Assembly: GCA_037440005.1 (NCBI GenBank)
Contig: JBBIUY010000006.1
Span: 32,001 to 96,000, forward strand
DNA length: 64,000 nt
Direction: 5' to 3'
Origin: Armatimonadota bacterium
GTDB taxonomy: Bacteria; Sysuimicrobiota; Sysuimicrobiia; Sysuimicrobiales; Kaftiobacteriaceae
The notes under the pieces: model-generated
Databases searched by the model: none
Seen by the model: the letters and a program-made list of their open reading frames with translations, nothing else
Told to the model about the DNA's origin: nothing
Shown: positions 1-12,439 of the stretch, in pieces
How the letters are laid out: each line of letters starts with the position of its first letter
Numbering within the stretch: the stretch's first letter is position 1
Translations under genes and position numbers: made by a program

Positions 1-150
1 CCGCCGGTAGCAGTCGCCGCAGAGCACCGCCCCCTCCTCCACGGCGGTCTCGTCGCGGTCGAGCAGCAGGTCCCGTTCGGTCCCCTCAAACCAGTCTGCA
101 CCCGCCCTCGTCCCCCGCCGCCCGCAGACGGCGCACACCAGCGAGATCAT
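1..150 (-). CDS. Small CxxC...CxxC (putative Zn-binding) protein, runs off the window edge
   Basis: Manual translation MISLVCAVCGRR...VLCGDCYRR; ATG overlaps the AlaX stop (ATGA) with GGAGG upstream; not in the ORF track. Confidence 0.6.
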   Translation of the reverse strand, partial: MISLVCAVCGRRGTRAGADWFEGTERDLLLDRDETAVEEGAVLCGDCYRR

Positions 151-896
151 CCTCCCCCTCCGCTGACCGGCCGGCCCGCGTCCAGGGCGATCTCCAGCCG
201 GCGGTTGGCCTTCCCTTTGTTCTCGGTCCGCGTGATCCGCAGGCGGCCGATCTCGGCCGTGCGCGCCACGTGGGTTCCTCCGTCGGCCTGGGCGTCGAAC
301 CCTTCGATCTCCACGACCCGCACCTGCCGGATCTCCTCGGGCAGGCGGGACCGCGCCAGGCGGGTCAGGTCGGACCGCTCGAACTCCTCCCGGGACACCC
401 ACCGGACCAGGATGCGGCGGTCCTCGGCGATCACCCGGTTGGCCTCGGCCTCGATGGCGGCCACCCGCGCCGGAGAGAGGTCCTCCAGAGAGAAGTCCAT
501 CCGCGCCCGCTCGGGATAGATGGCCCCGCCGGTGACCAGCGCTCCGTAGAGCCGGTAGACCACGCCCACCAGCACGTGCAGCGCCGAGTGGTGCCGCATG
601 ATGGCGTACCGCCGCGCCCAGTCCAGCGCACCGCGCACCGCCGCCCCCTCGGCGGGAGGCGAGCCGTCCAGGACGTGCCACACGGTCTCCCGGTCCCGGC
701 GCACCTCCGTCACCCGGCCGGCGCCGCCCGCCCACGCCAGCACGCCGGTGTCCGCGGGCTGGCCGCCGCCCCCGGGGTAGAAGGCGGTGGCGTCCAGGGC
801 CACCGCCGTGCCCTCCACGGCGGTCACCGCGGCGCCAAACTCCCTCAGGTAGGAGTCGTCCAGGTACAGCAGCCGGGTGGCGACCGCCCCGCCCAT
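147..896 (-). CDS. Alanyl-tRNA editing protein (AlaX family)
   Basis: LYLDDSYL, FYPGGGGQPAD, HSALH and DGGTHV motifs; start trimmed to ATG 896. Confidence 0.9.
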   Translation of the reverse strand: MGGAVATRLLYLDDSYLREFGAAVTAVEGTAVALDATAFYPGGGGQPADTGVLAWAGGAGRVTEVRRDRETVWHVLDGSPPAEGAAVRGALDWARRYAIMRHHSALHVLVGVVYRLYGALVTGGAIYPERARMDFSLEDLSPARVAAIEAEANRVIAEDRRILVRWVSREEFERSDLTRLARSRLPEEIRQVRVVEIEGFDAQADGGTHVARTAEIGRLRITRTENKGKANRRLEIALDAGRPVSGGGG

Positions 897-1312
897 CACA
901 GCGTCCCTCCCCACCCGCCGAGCACCCGGAAGATGACGTCCCGCTCCCAGGCCCCCCGGGCCAGCGGAGGCAGGTGCTCCACCTGAAAGAACCGCGCCTC
1001 GGAAATCTCTGGCCCCAGGGACGGGGGCCGGTCGGTCTCGCACCGGAAGTGGAACACCAGGCGCCAGACCTCCGCCACCTGGGACTCCACCTCCACCAGC
1101 ACCAGCTCGTCCGGGTCCAGCCCCACCTGCTCCCGCAGCGCCCGGCGGGCGGCCGCCTGCGGCGCCTCCCCGAAGCGCATCCGGTCGCCCACCAGCCGCC
1201 AGCCGGCGGCCCCGTCGGGCGGCGCCGCCGGCCGCACCAGCAGCACCGCGCTGTCGGCCAGGACCACCACGTCGGCCGCCAGGCTGTGCACTCCACAGTC
1301 GCGCGCCTCCAT
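896..1312 (-). CDS. Nudix-fold protein with degenerate Nudix box
   Basis: GDRMRFGEAPQAAARRALREQVGL; GGGAGG RBS upstream of ATG 1312. Confidence 0.75.
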   Translation of the reverse strand: MEARDCGVHSLAADVVVLADSAVLLVRPAAPPDGAAGWRLVGDRMRFGEAPQAAARRALREQVGLDPDELVLVEVESQVAEVWRLVFHFRCETDRPPSLGPEISEARFFQVEHLPPLARGAWERDVIFRVLGGWGGTL

Positions 1313-1347
1313 CCGCCAGGCCTCCCGCACCCGTCTGCGGGCGCGCG

Positions 1348-2172
1348 TCACCCGCGCAGCGCGCCCGCCAGGATGCCCCGGATGAAGTACTTGCCCAGGG
1401 TCAGAAAGACCCCCAAAGGCACCAGGACCGTGATGAGGGCCGCCGCCATCTGAAGATTGTACAGGGCCACGTAGCTGCCCTTCACCTCCGCCAGCTTCAC
1501 CTGCACGGTGGTGGTGTACGGCGACGACAGGGTGAGGGCGAGCAGGAACTCGTTCCACACCTGGATGAACACCAAAGTCGCCGTGGAGGCGTAGCCGGGC
1601 AGGGAGACCACCGATGTGATCCGGAAGAAGATCTGCATGCGGGAGGCTCCGTCCACCTCCGCCGACTCCTCCAGCTCCCGGGGCACCGAGAAGAAGAACG
1701 TGGCCATCAGGACCGCCGCCAGGGGGGCGTTGAGGATCAGGTAACTGACGATCAGGCCGGCGTGGGTGAGGGCCAGCCGGGTGGCGGCCACGATCCGCAC
1801 CAGGGGGATCAGCACCGCCTGGTAGGGCAGGTACAGGGCGACGGCCAGCAGCACGAACAGCACCCGGCTGACGGGCCAGCGAAAGCGCGCCAGGAAGTAC
1901 CCGCCCAGCCCGCCCACGAACACCGCCAGGGCCGTGACGGTCACGGCGATCACGGTGGAGTTCACCACAGACGGCCACACCAGCCGCAGGGCGGTGGCGT
2001 AGTTGGCCACCTGCCAGTTCCCCCCGGGCACCAGGTACTGCCGCTGGGTAATCTCCAGGGGCGTCTTCAACGACGTCACCACCATCACGTACACCGGCAG
2101 CAGGTACGCCGCCGACAGGCCGACCACCGCCGCCGCCACCAGCACCCGCAGGGACAGGTCCCGCCGCCTCAT
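1348..2172 (-). CDS. Carbohydrate ABC transporter permease (MalG-like)
   Basis: EAA loop ELEESAEVDGAS, WNEF motif, several TM helices; ATGA overlap with the upstream permease. Confidence 0.9.
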   Translation of the reverse strand: MRRRDLSLRVLVAAAVVGLSAAYLLPVYVMVVTSLKTPLEITQRQYLVPGGNWQVANYATALRLVWPSVVNSTVIAVTVTALAVFVGGLGGYFLARFRWPVSRVLFVLLAVALYLPYQAVLIPLVRIVAATRLALTHAGLIVSYLILNAPLAAVLMATFFFSVPRELEESAEVDGASRMQIFFRITSVVSLPGYASTATLVFIQVWNEFLLALTLSSPYTTTVQVKLAEVKGSYVALYNLQMAAALITVLVPLGVFLTLGKYFIRGILAGALRG

Positions 2173-3071
2173 TCGAACCACCGCTGCAGGGCGTAGACGG
2201 TGTAGGGGATGATGATGACGAAGGCCAGGGCGAAGATCACCACCGCCAGCCCCGCCCCCAGGGCCACCAGGTGCTGCTGGAAGGTGGCGATGAACTGAAA
2301 GAGCGCCAGCACGTCGGTGGCGTAGCCCGGCCCACCGAACGTCACCACGTACACGATGTCGAACACCTTCAAGGCGGAGATCAGCAACAGGGAAACCACG
2401 ATCAACACGCCCCCCCGGATGTTGGGCAGGACCACCGCCAGGAGGATCCGCAGCCGGCCGGCCCCATCCAGCATCGCCGACTCCACCATCTCCTGCAGCT
2501 CCACGCTGCGCAGCGACGCCTGCAAGATGAGGACCGTCAGGCCCAGGTACTGCCAGACGAAGATCAGGATCAGCCAGTAGGTGGCGGTGGCCGGGTCGGT
2601 GGTGTACCCGCCGGCCAGCCGGCCCAACCCCACGCTCCGGAGGATGGTGTTCAGCACTCCCCGGTCGGGCTGGTACATCCAAGACCACACGGTCCCCGTC
2701 ACCACGAACGACATGGCCGCGGGGTAAAGGATCAGCGTGCGCAGGTAGGCCTCCAGCCTCCGCACCGGCCCGATCTCCAGCAGGTAGGCGATTCCCAGGC
2801 CCGCCACCACGGTGGGGACCACGCCCAGGACCAGCCAGCGCAGGTTGTTGTGGACGTCCACCCAGAACCGGTCCAGGCTGACCATCAGCCGGTACCAGCG
2901 CAGCCCCGCGAAGCCGTAGCGGGGCGCGGTCCCCTGCCAGTCGGAGACCGACACGTAGAACGTCCAGGCCAGCATCAGGTACAGGACCGCCAGGCACGCC
3001 AGCAGGGGCAGGGCGAAGGGCACCGCCTCGGCCAGGCGGCGGCGGGAGAGGGGGGCGGGGGCGGCGGGCAC
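2169..3071 (-). CDS. Carbohydrate ABC transporter permease (MalF-like)
   Basis: EMVESAMLDGAG EAA loop, TFGGPG motif, hydrophobic helices. Confidence 0.9.
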   Translation of the reverse strand: MPAAPAPLSRRRLAEAVPFALPLLACLAVLYLMLAWTFYVSVSDWQGTAPRYGFAGLRWYRLMVSLDRFWVDVHNNLRWLVLGVVPTVVAGLGIAYLLEIGPVRRLEAYLRTLILYPAAMSFVVTGTVWSWMYQPDRGVLNTILRSVGLGRLAGGYTTDPATATYWLILIFVWQYLGLTVLILQASLRSVELQEMVESAMLDGAGRLRILLAVVLPNIRGGVLIVVSLLLISALKVFDIVYVVTFGGPGYATDVLALFQFIATFQQHLVALGAGLAVVIFALAFVIIIPYTVYALQRWFE

Positions 3072-3108
3072 GGGGTGCCTGCGGCGGGCGCCGGGTCGAA
3101 GCGCCCGC

Positions 3109-3144
3109 GGCCGGGCGGGCTCCGAGATCGGGGCCCGCCCGGCC
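3109..3144 (-). other. Strong GC stem-loop between the binding-protein and permease genes
   Basis: GGCCGGGCGGGCTCCGA / TCGGGGCCCGCCCGGCC inverted repeat with one mismatch; typical position of an mRNA-stabilising hairpin. Confidence 0.55.
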
Positions 3145-3151
3145 CGTCAGC

Positions 3152-4498
3152 CTACGGCCACCGATACCAGGCCGCCTCGTTCTTCACGTTGTAGGTGGTG
3201 AACAGCTCGGCCACCCGCCGCTGGGTCCCGGCCACGTCGGGCTTGGCGGCAAACGCCGCCGCCACGTCCCAGTAGGCCTGGGTGAAGCTGAACGGCGCGA
3301 TGCTGCCGTGCTGGTCCAGGATCAACTTGCCCGGGTTGGCGCGCACGAAGGTCTGCAGCTCCTGGCGGATCGGGTCGGGGAACCGGGACGGCTCGATGTC
3401 CAGCCGGGCGAACAGGCCGCCCTGGGTGACGTCGGTGGGGATCTGCAGCTCCGGCGACGCCACCACCCGCAGCCAGTCGCGGGTGGTGCGCGGGTGCGGC
3501 GCCCCCTTGGCCAGGCCGTAGGTGTCCGGGTGGAACAGCAGGATCCGGTCGGGCTTCTGGGGGAAGGTCACCGCGCCGAAGTCCCGGCCCGGCTCCCACC
3601 CGCGGCTCTTGAAGTAGCCGATGGCCCAGGTGCCCATCAGGACCATGGCCGAATCTCCGGAGACCACCAGGCCGCACGACTCGTCCCAGGTCAGGCCGGC
3701 GTGGAACGGGTAGATGTACGGCGCCAGCTGGGCCAGCCGCTCCAGGGCGCGCCGGTAGGTGGGGTCGGTGGCCACGTCCACCTCGCCCTTGTACAGCCGC
3801 ACGTAGTACTCTGGGCCGCCCACCTCCAGGATGATGCTGTCCAGGACGAACGCCGCCTCCCACTTCTCCTTGGTGCCCAGCGCCAGGGGCGCCATCCGCG
3901 GGCGGGCGGCCTTGATGGCCCGCGCCACCGCCAGCAGCTCGTCCACGGTGGTGGGCGGCGCCAGCTTGAGCTCGTCAAACAGCTTTTTGTTGTAGTACAG
4001 GATGTTCTGGATGTGCATGTTGAGCGGGACCACGTACGGGTGCCCGCCGATGGTGACGGCGTTCAGCAGCGGCTTGGGGATGGCGTCGGCGTACTTCAGC
4101 TCGGCGTACAGGTCGTCCAGGGGAGTCAAAAAGCCGCCGTCCACGTAGGACTTCAGCTCGGCGCCGCCCAGCGTCTGCCAGGTGTCCGGCGGGATGCCCG
4201 CCGACAGCCGGGCCTGGAGCACCACCCGGTGGCTCACCCCGCCTCCGCCGGCCACGGGGTTCTCCACCAGCTGGATGTCGGGGTACTTCTCCCGCAGCGC
4301 CTGGAACATGGCGTCGGCGGCTTCCCGCTCCCCTCCGGCCGTCCACCAGTGGAAGATCTCCAGCTTGCGCTCCTCGGGCGGAGGGGCCGCCACCCGGCGC
4401 TGGCCCGCCCAGTATCCCGCGCCGCCGGCCACCAGGGCGGCGACGACCACCGCCACCACGACCGGTCCCCACGGAACTCTGGACGCCCCGTTCCCCAC
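3152..4498 (-). CDS. Sugar ABC transporter substrate-binding protein (glucose/mannose-like)
   Basis: LEIFHWWTAGGE motif; N-terminal hydrophobic anchor with no lipobox Cys; GTG 4498 has a GGAGGT RBS (alternative ATG 4525). Confidence 0.85.
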   Translation of the reverse strand: MGNGASRVPWGPVVVAVVVAALVAGGAGYWAGQRRVAAPPPEERKLEIFHWWTAGGEREAADAMFQALREKYPDIQLVENPVAGGGGVSHRVVLQARLSAGIPPDTWQTLGGAELKSYVDGGFLTPLDDLYAELKYADAIPKPLLNAVTIGGHPYVVPLNMHIQNILYYNKKLFDELKLAPPTTVDELLAVARAIKAARPRMAPLALGTKEKWEAAFVLDSIILEVGGPEYYVRLYKGEVDVATDPTYRRALERLAQLAPYIYPFHAGLTWDESCGLVVSGDSAMVLMGTWAIGYFKSRGWEPGRDFGAVTFPQKPDRILLFHPDTYGLAKGAPHPRTTRDWLRVVASPELQIPTDVTQGGLFARLDIEPSRFPDPIRQELQTFVRANPGKLILDQHGSIAPFSFTQAYWDVAAAFAAKPDVAGTQRRVAELFTTYNVKNEAAWYRWP

Positions 4499-4598
4499 GA
4501 ATCCCACCTCCCGGATCGGACGCATATCGCCCCGCCAAGCCCGGGCGGGGGATCACGCAGCCCCTTCGGCGCGTGCCACCCGTTCCCTGCCGCGCCGG

Positions 4599-5453
4599 TC
4601 AGGACGCCAGGCTCTTGTGGACCACCACGAGCCCGTCCGGGCACCAGGGGTGCGGGGTCCACCGCGAGGGCGGCAGGAACGCCAGCAGCTGAAGGTCGGG
4701 GGTGAACGCCACCAGCCGGTCGGGGCGTGTGTCCTCCACCACCCGCGCCACGGCCGCCCGCTGGCCGTGGGGCGGGCCGTCCACCCACGACAGGACCACC
4801 GTCCCCCCGTGGCGGGCGTACAGGGCGACTCCCAGGACCGCGCCCCCATCGGCGCTGGCGGCGGATTCCGCCACCACCACCCGGCGGTCCCGGGCCAGGC
4901 CCCGCACGATCTCGGGCACCAGCCGGCGAAACCGCCACCCCAGGGGGATCAACCCCTCCCACGCCGCGATCACCGGGCTCTTGTGCGCCACCTGCAGCAC
5001 CCGGGCCGCCTGCGAGGCATCCAGAACGTCCGCCACGACATCCACGGACGCGGACACCGACACCGCGGACGTCTGCGCCACCACGCACCGGGTCAGGGGC
5101 CGGTAGCCGGCGCGCTCGGCCACCGCCAGGGCCGCGTACTCGTGGGAGGGGATCCCCGCGCGCATCACTGCGGCGCCGTAGCGCCGCGCTACCGCTTCCG
5201 CCTCCCGGACCAGCCGGGCGGCGATGCCGCGCCTTTGGGCTGCGGGGTGGACCCGCAGGTTCTCCATCCACGCCTCGGAGCGGCCGACCATGCTGACGTG
5301 GATGCCGCCCACCGCCTGGCCGCCCTCCAGGGCCACCAGCTCGACCCCGGGCTCCTCGCTCCACGCCTGCCACTCCTCGGGCGCGGCCTCCCGCCCTACC
5401 ACCCGGGGCAACGGGGTGACCGACGGACCGGCGGGGCGGACGGTGACGGACAC
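4599..5453 (-). CDS. GNAT-family acetyltransferase
   Basis: LRVHPAAQRRGIA acetyl-CoA-binding motif. Confidence 0.8.
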   Translation of the reverse strand: MSVTVRPAGPSVTPLPRVVGREAAPEEWQAWSEEPGVELVALEGGQAVGGIHVSMVGRSEAWMENLRVHPAAQRRGIAARLVREAEAVARRYGAAVMRAGIPSHEYAALAVAERAGYRPLTRCVVAQTSAVSVSASVDVVADVLDASQAARVLQVAHKSPVIAAWEGLIPLGWRFRRLVPEIVRGLARDRRVVVAESAASADGGAVLGVALYARHGGTVVLSWVDGPPHGQRAAVARVVEDTRPDRLVAFTPDLQLLAFLPPSRWTPHPWCPDGLVVVHKSLAS

Positions 5454-5498
5454 GAAGCCACCCGGCCACAGACGCGCAGCGGGACGGGCCGGCCTCCT

Positions 5499-6197
5499 CT
5501 AGGTGCCCGCGCGGCTGCGCGCCCGCGCGTCCGCAAGGCGTCGCAGGTCGCCCAGAAGCGCGGCTTCGGCCAGCAGGACGAACACCAGGGAAGACAGCTG
5601 CACGAACGCCTGGCGGACCCGCACCGGCAGACCACGGGCTTCCATCAGACTCACCACCACGTGGCCGCCGTCCAGCGGGTACACCGGCAGCAGGTTCATC
5701 AGCCCCAGGCCCAGGTTCACCGCCCCCGCCACCCGCCCCAGCGGCCCGGCCCCCTGCCGGGCGGCCTGCGCCAGCTGGGCCAGCGCGCCCACCACCCCGG
5801 TCACCTCCACGGCCCTCCCGCCCGCCGGGGCCACAGACGGATGGCGGCGCAGCGCCAGCAGTAGGCCCACGCCTGCCGCGATGTTCGCCACAGGCCCGGC
5901 CAGCAGCACGGGGATGCGCCGGCGCACCGGCAGAGTCTCGGTGTCCACGGCGGCGTAGCCCCCCGCGGGCAGCAGCCGCAGCACCACCGGAACGCCCCGC
6001 AGCGCGACCCGCAGCAGCGGCGGTCCGAACCCCACTCCCACCTCGCGCACCCGGCCCCCCAGCCGCACCGCCACCAGGGCGTGGGCCAGCTCGTGCAGCG
6101 CCACGGTGGCGCCGATCACGCCCGCCGCCGCCAGGCGGCGGCGCAGGGACTCCCCGCCGGCGCTAGTTTCTGGCGGGGATGCGCGCGACGGTTGCAA
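5499..6197 (-). CDS. Site-2 (M50) membrane metalloprotease, PDZ-less RseP-like
   Basis: [26 protein letters not shown]. Confidence 0.85.
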   Translation of the reverse strand: MQPSRASPPETSAGGESLRRRLAAAGVIGATVALHELAHALVAVRLGGRVREVGVGFGPPLLRVALRGVPVVLRLLPAGGYAAVDTETLPVRRRIPVLLAGPVANIAAGVGLLLALRRHPSVAPAGGRAVEVTGVVGALAQLAQAARQGAGPLGRVAGAVNLGLGLMNLLPVYPLDGGHVVVSLMEARGLPVRVRQAFVQLSSLVFVLLAEAALLGDLRRLADARARSRAGT

Positions 6198-8610
6198 GGG
6201 TCTCCCCCTCTCCCAGCTTCAGCACCCGGACGCCCTGGGCGTGGCGGCCCAGCACGGGAATCTGGGAGACCGGGATCCGGTTGAACACGCCGCCGGTGGT
6301 CCCCAGCAGGATCTCGTCGTCGTCGTCCACCGCCCGAACCCCCACCACCGGGCCGGTGCGGGCGGTGACCTTGATGTTGATGACCCCCATCCCGCCGCGG
6401 CTCTTCAGAGGGTACTGGCCCATGGGCGTCCGCTTGCCCAGACCCTGCTCGGTGACCGTGAGCAGGGTGCGCCCTTCCCGGGCGTCGGCCACGCCGACCA
6501 CCTCGTCGCTCTCCCGCAGTCGGATGCCCCGCACGCCCCGGGCCGCCCGGCCCATCTCCCGCACCTGCCCGGCCCGGAAGCGGATGGCCCGGCCTTGCCG
6601 GGTGGCCAGGATGATGTGGGTGTCCTTGCCGATTAGCTTGACGTCCACCAGGCTGTCGCCCCGGTCCAGGGTGATGGCGAAGATCCCCGCCCGCTTGGCG
6701 TTGATGAACTCCATCAGCCCGGTGCGCTTGACCACGCCGCGCCGGGTGACCATGAACACGCTGCCCTCGTCCTCGAAGGAGCGCAGGGCGATCATGGCGT
6801 TGATGCGTTCACCCTGGGCCAGGGCCAGCAGGTTCACCAGCGCCGTGCCCCGGGCCGTGCGGCCGGCCTCGGGAACCTCGTGGGCCTTCATCCGGTACAC
6901 CTTCCCCCGGTCGCTGAACAGCAGCAGGAAGGCGTGGTTGGTGGTGGTCAGCACCTGCTGCACGTAGTCTTCCTCCCGGGTGGGGGCGCCCAGGACGCCG
7001 CGGGTGCCCCGCCGCTGCAGCCGGTAGGTCTCCAGGGGCTGGCGCTTGATGTAGTTGCGGTGGGTCAGGCTGATGACCACGTCGGCGTCGGGAATCAGGT
7101 CCTCGGCCTCGAACTCCTCGGCCTCCTTGCTGGTGATCCGGGTGCGGCGGGGGTCTCCGTACTTCTCCTTGACCTCCAGCAGCTCGGCCCGGATGGCCGC
7201 CATGATGAGTCGCGGCCGCGGCGCGTCGGCGTCCTTGAGCATCTCCCGGTAGCGGGCGATGTCCGCGGCCAGCTGGGCGTACTCCTGGTCGATCTTCTCC
7301 CGCTCCAGCTGGGTGAGCCGCTGCAGCCGCATCTCCAGGATGGCGTCGGCCTGCCGCTCGCTGAGCTTGAACCTGCGGATCAGCCCCTGCCGGGCCGCCG
7401 GGACGTCGGGGGCTTTGCGGATGAGGGCGATGACCGCGTCCAGGTGCCGCAGGGCGACCTTCAGCCCCTCCAGGATGTGGGCGCGCTCTTCGGCCCGGGC
7501 CAGCTCGAAGCGCGTCCGGCGGATCACCACCGTCCGCCGGTGGCGGAGAAAGTGCTCCAGCATCTCCCGCAGGGTCAGGGTGCGGGGCACGCCGTCCACC
7601 AGGGCCAGCATGTTGACCCCGAAGGTGGTCTGCATCTGGGTGTGCTTGTACAGCTGGTTGCGCACAATCTGGGGGTTGCTGTCCCGGCGCAGCTCCACCA
7701 CGATGCGCATGCCGGTCCGGTCCGACTCGTCCCGCAGGTCGGCGACCCCCACCAGCTTCTTGGCGCGCACCAGGTCGGCGATCCGCTGAATGAGGGCCGC
7801 CTTGTTGACCATGAAGGGCAGTTCGGTGATCACCACCGCCGTGCGGCCGCCCCGGAGCTCCTCGATCTCCGCCTTGGCCCGCACCGTGATGCTGCCCCGG
7901 CCGGTGGTGTAGGCCGCCCGGATCCCGTCCCGGCCCAGGATGATCCCGCCGGTGGGGAAGTCGGGGCCCTTGATGATCCGCAGCAGCTCCTCGTCTCCGA
8001 TCTTGGGCGTGTCGATGAGCGCCACCAGGCCGTCCACCAGCTCTCCCAGGTTGTGGGGCGGGATGTTGCTGGCCATGCCCACGGCGATGCCGGCCGCCCC
8101 GTTCATGAGCAGGTTGGGGACCCGAGCGGGCAGGACGGCCGGCTCCCGCTCGAACTCGTCGTAGTTGGGGACGAAGTCCACCGTGTCCTTGTCGATGTCG
8201 GCCAGCAGCTCCAGGGCCAGCGGCGTGAGCCGGCATTCGGTGTACCGCATGGCCGCCGGCGGGTCGCCGTCCATGCTCCCGAAGTTGCCCTGGCCGTCCA
8301 CCAGCGGGTAGCGGAACGACCACGGCTGGGCCATCCGCACCAGGGCCTCGTAGATGGGCACGTCGCCGTGGGGGTGGTACTTCTTCATCACGTCGCCCAC
8401 CACCGCCGCCGACTTGCGGTAGGGCCGGTCGGGCCGCAGGCCCGCCTCCAGCATCCCGTACAGGATGCGCCGCTGCACCGGCTTCAGCCCGTCCCGCACG
8501 TCGGGCAGCGCCCGGCTGACGATCACCGACATGGCGTAGTCGAGGTAGGAGGTCTTCATCTCCTCCTCGATGGGCTTGGGAACGATGCGGGTTTCGTCGG
8601 CCAGAGCCAT
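6163..8610 (-). CDS. gyrA: DNA gyrase subunit A
   Basis: [21 protein letters not shown] catalytic Tyr, GyrA-box QRRGTRG, CTD repeats. Confidence 0.98.
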   Translation of the reverse strand: MALADETRIVPKPIEEEMKTSYLDYAMSVIVSRALPDVRDGLKPVQRRILYGMLEAGLRPDRPYRKSAAVVGDVMKKYHPHGDVPIYEALVRMAQPWSFRYPLVDGQGNFGSMDGDPPAAMRYTECRLTPLALELLADIDKDTVDFVPNYDEFEREPAVLPARVPNLLMNGAAGIAVGMASNIPPHNLGELVDGLVALIDTPKIGDEELLRIIKGPDFPTGGIILGRDGIRAAYTTGRGSITVRAKAEIEELRGGRTAVVITELPFMVNKAALIQRIADLVRAKKLVGVADLRDESDRTGMRIVVELRRDSNPQIVRNQLYKHTQMQTTFGVNMLALVDGVPRTLTLREMLEHFLRHRRTVVIRRTRFELARAEERAHILEGLKVALRHLDAVIALIRKAPDVPAARQGLIRRFKLSERQADAILEMRLQRLTQLEREKIDQEYAQLAADIARYREMLKDADAPRPRLIMAAIRAELLEVKEKYGDPRRTRITSKEAEEFEAEDLIPDADVVISLTHRNYIKRQPLETYRLQRRGTRGVLGAPTREEDYVQQVLTTTNHAFLLLFSDRGKVYRMKAHEVPEAGRTARGTALVNLLALAQGERINAMIALRSFEDEGSVFMVTRRGVVKRTGLMEFINAKRAGIFAITLDRGDSLVDVKLIGKDTHIILATRQGRAIRFRAGQVREMGRAARGVRGIRLRESDEVVGVADAREGRTLLTVTEQGLGKRTPMGQYPLKSRGGMGVINIKVTARTGPVVGVRAVDDDDEILLGTTGGVFNRIPVSQIPVLGRHAQGVRVLKLGEGETLATVARIPARN

Positions 8611-8682
8611 GAGGGGTCCTCTCACACACCCGGAGTCGGGAGCCCGCGGGCCACAGCCGCCTGCCCGCCGGGCTCCGCCCCG

Positions 8683-10638
<1,956 letters not shown>

Positions 10639-10709
10639 TCAACAAAGGAGGAGGGGCCTCCGACCTCCGGTGCCCCTCCCTGGCCCGATGCTCTGTTCGA
10701 GCACGATTT

Positions 10710-10739
10710 ATCCTATCACGGGGTCAAAACCCCCGTCAA
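10710..10739 (-). promoter_or_regulatory. Putative sigma70 promoter of gyrB
   Basis: TTGACG-N18-TAGGAT with TG extension; spacer contains an ACGGGG/CCCCGT inverted repeat. Confidence 0.5.
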
Positions 10740-11014
10740 CGCGCCCGTCCCCGCCCGCCGCCGGACTGCGCGCGGGTTCTGACGGCCTGCAGGCGCCGCC
10801 TGACCGCCTCCGCCGACAGCGGGCAGGCCAGCACCCCCCTCCGGGTCACCACCACCGTCCGGCAGGCTCCGGGCAGGGAGCCGTCCTCCGGCCCGCCCCC
10901 GGACAGCCGGTCCAGCAGCGGCCCGTTCAGGGCCGAGGCCCGCACGACCCGCACGTCCAGGACGGCCACCACCTCGTCGGCCCGGACCACCGCATCTCCC
11001 AGGCAGACGTACAC
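10736..11014 (-). CDS. remB: DUF370 / RemB-like small protein
   Basis: VYVCLGDAVVRADEVVAVLD resembles RemB/YaaB; GGAGGT RBS; position between recF and gyrB. Confidence 0.7.
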   Translation of the reverse strand: MYVCLGDAVVRADEVVAVLDVRVVRASALNGPLLDRLSGGGPEDGSLPGACRTVVVTRRGVLACPLSAEAVRRRLQAVRTRAQSGGGRGRAR

Positions 11015-11034
11015 CCGCCACCTCCGGGAGCCCG

Positions 11035-11346
11035 TCAGGGTGCGCTGTGCGGCCCGACCCTCACCCGCATCTCCTCCAGGACCGGACCCCCCAGGCGCCG
11101 GTTGAGCTCTGCCAGCAGCCCGGACCGGCGGGCGGTCAGCTCCTGGACCCACCCCACCTCGTCCACCTCCACCAGGAGGGTGCGCCCCCGGATCCGCACC
11201 GGCTGGCTGTGCGCCGCCGCCTCCCCCCCCACCACCGCCCCCCACTCCTGGCGGACCAGCGCCTCCCAGGCGGCCCGCTCCACCCCCAGGGCGGCTGCCG
11301 CATCCAGCAGGATCGTTCTAAGCGGGGTGAGCCGTCCGCGCCTCAA
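11035..11346 (-). CDS. dciA: DUF721 / DciA helicase-loading factor
   Basis: WGAVVG..AAHSQP..LLVEV...WVQEL pattern; follows recF. Confidence 0.8.
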   Translation of the reverse strand: MRRGRLTPLRTILLDAAAALGVERAAWEALVRQEWGAVVGGEAAAHSQPVRIRGRTLLVEVDEVGWVQELTARRSGLLAELNRRLGGPVLEEMRVRVGPHSAP

Positions 11347-12439
11347 CGGACCCTCCCTCCACCACGAACACGGCCGCCCCCGGCACCTCCCCGACCCCCC
11401 GCAGGGCGGTGGTCGTCAGCAGGACCTGCGCGCCCGCCACGGCCGCCAGCAGCCGGGCCTGGCGGACGTCGTCCAGCGCCTGCAGCACGTCGTCCAGCAG
11501 CAGGACCGGCTCCTCGCCCATCTCCTCCCGCAGGACCCGCCGTTCGGCCAGCCGCAGGGCCACCGCCGCCGCCAGCTGCTGCCCCCGGGAGCCAAATGAC
11601 GCCAGCGGCCGGCCGTCCACCTCCAGGAGCACCTCGTCCAGGTGGGGGCCCACCAGCGTCCGGCCCCGCGCGCGTTCGTCCCGCTGCCGCGCGGCCATGG
11701 AGGCCCTGGCGGCCGCGGTCAGGTCCCGCTCGGTCTGCCCCGCCAGCGCCGGCTGGTAGGTCACCTGCAGCTCCCCGGGTTCTCCCGTCAGGTCGGCGTA
11801 CGCGCGGCGCGCCGCATCGGCCAGCCGCCGGACCACCTCCCTGCGCCGCACGGTCACGGCCGCTCCCAGGCGGGCCACCTGTTCGTCCCACGGGTCCAGG
11901 GCCGCCGGTCCGGCGCCGGTGCGGAGCAGGTGGTTGCGCTGGACCACCGCCCGCACGTACCGCTGGGCCAGGTCGAAGTACGCGGGACTGGCCTGGGCAA
12001 GGACGCGGTCCACCAGCCGCCGCCGCAGGACGGGCGGTCCGGCCACCACCTGCACGTCGTCGGGGCACGTCAGCACACAGGCCAGCCGCCCGAACAAGCC
12101 CGCCCGGCGTCCGGGAACGCCGTTGACGCGCACCTCCTTCCACAGCCGCCCCGCCTCCGGCGATGCCGCGTCCCGGCGCAGCAGGACATCCACCTCCACC
12201 ACACGCCCGGCGCGCACCCCGGCGACCTGGACCCGCGCCCAACTCTCACCCGCGGCGATCACCTCCGCATCCCGCCGGGTGCGGTGGGACCGCCCGGTGG
12301 CCGCCATCTCCACCGCCTCCAGCAGAGACGTCTTGCCCTGGGCGCTGCGGCCCACAAAAACGTTCATCCCGGGGGCCAGGGCCACGTCGGTCCGCCGGTG
12401 ATTGCGAAAGTTAAGAAGGCGCAGCCGCACCAGCGTCAT
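11318..12439 (-). CDS. recF: DNA replication/repair protein RecF
   Basis: NFRNH, GRSAQGKTS Walker A, GPHLD, SRGQQ, LLLDDV. Confidence 0.97.
   Translation of the reverse strand: MTLVRLRLLNFRNHRRTDVALAPGMNVFVGRSAQGKTSLLEAVEMAATGRSHRTRRDAEVIAAGESWARVQVAGVRAGRVVEVDVLLRRDAASPEAGRLWKEVRVNGVPGRRAGLFGRLACVLTCPDDVQVVAGPPVLRRRLVDRVLAQASPAYFDLAQRYVRAVVQRNHLLRTGAGPAALDPWDEQVARLGAAVTVRRREVVRRLADAARRAYADLTGEPGELQVTYQPALAGQTERDLTAAARASMAARQRDERARGRTLVGPHLDEVLLEVDGRPLASFGSRGQQLAAAVALRLAERRVLREEMGEEPVLLLDDVLQALDDVRQARLLAAVAGAQVLLTTTALRGVGEVPGAAVFVVEGGSVEARTAHPA

Noticed and set aside
1348..4525. Missing ABC ATPase as a sign of a broken transporter
   Set aside because: Sugar ABC systems often share an ATPase encoded elsewhere
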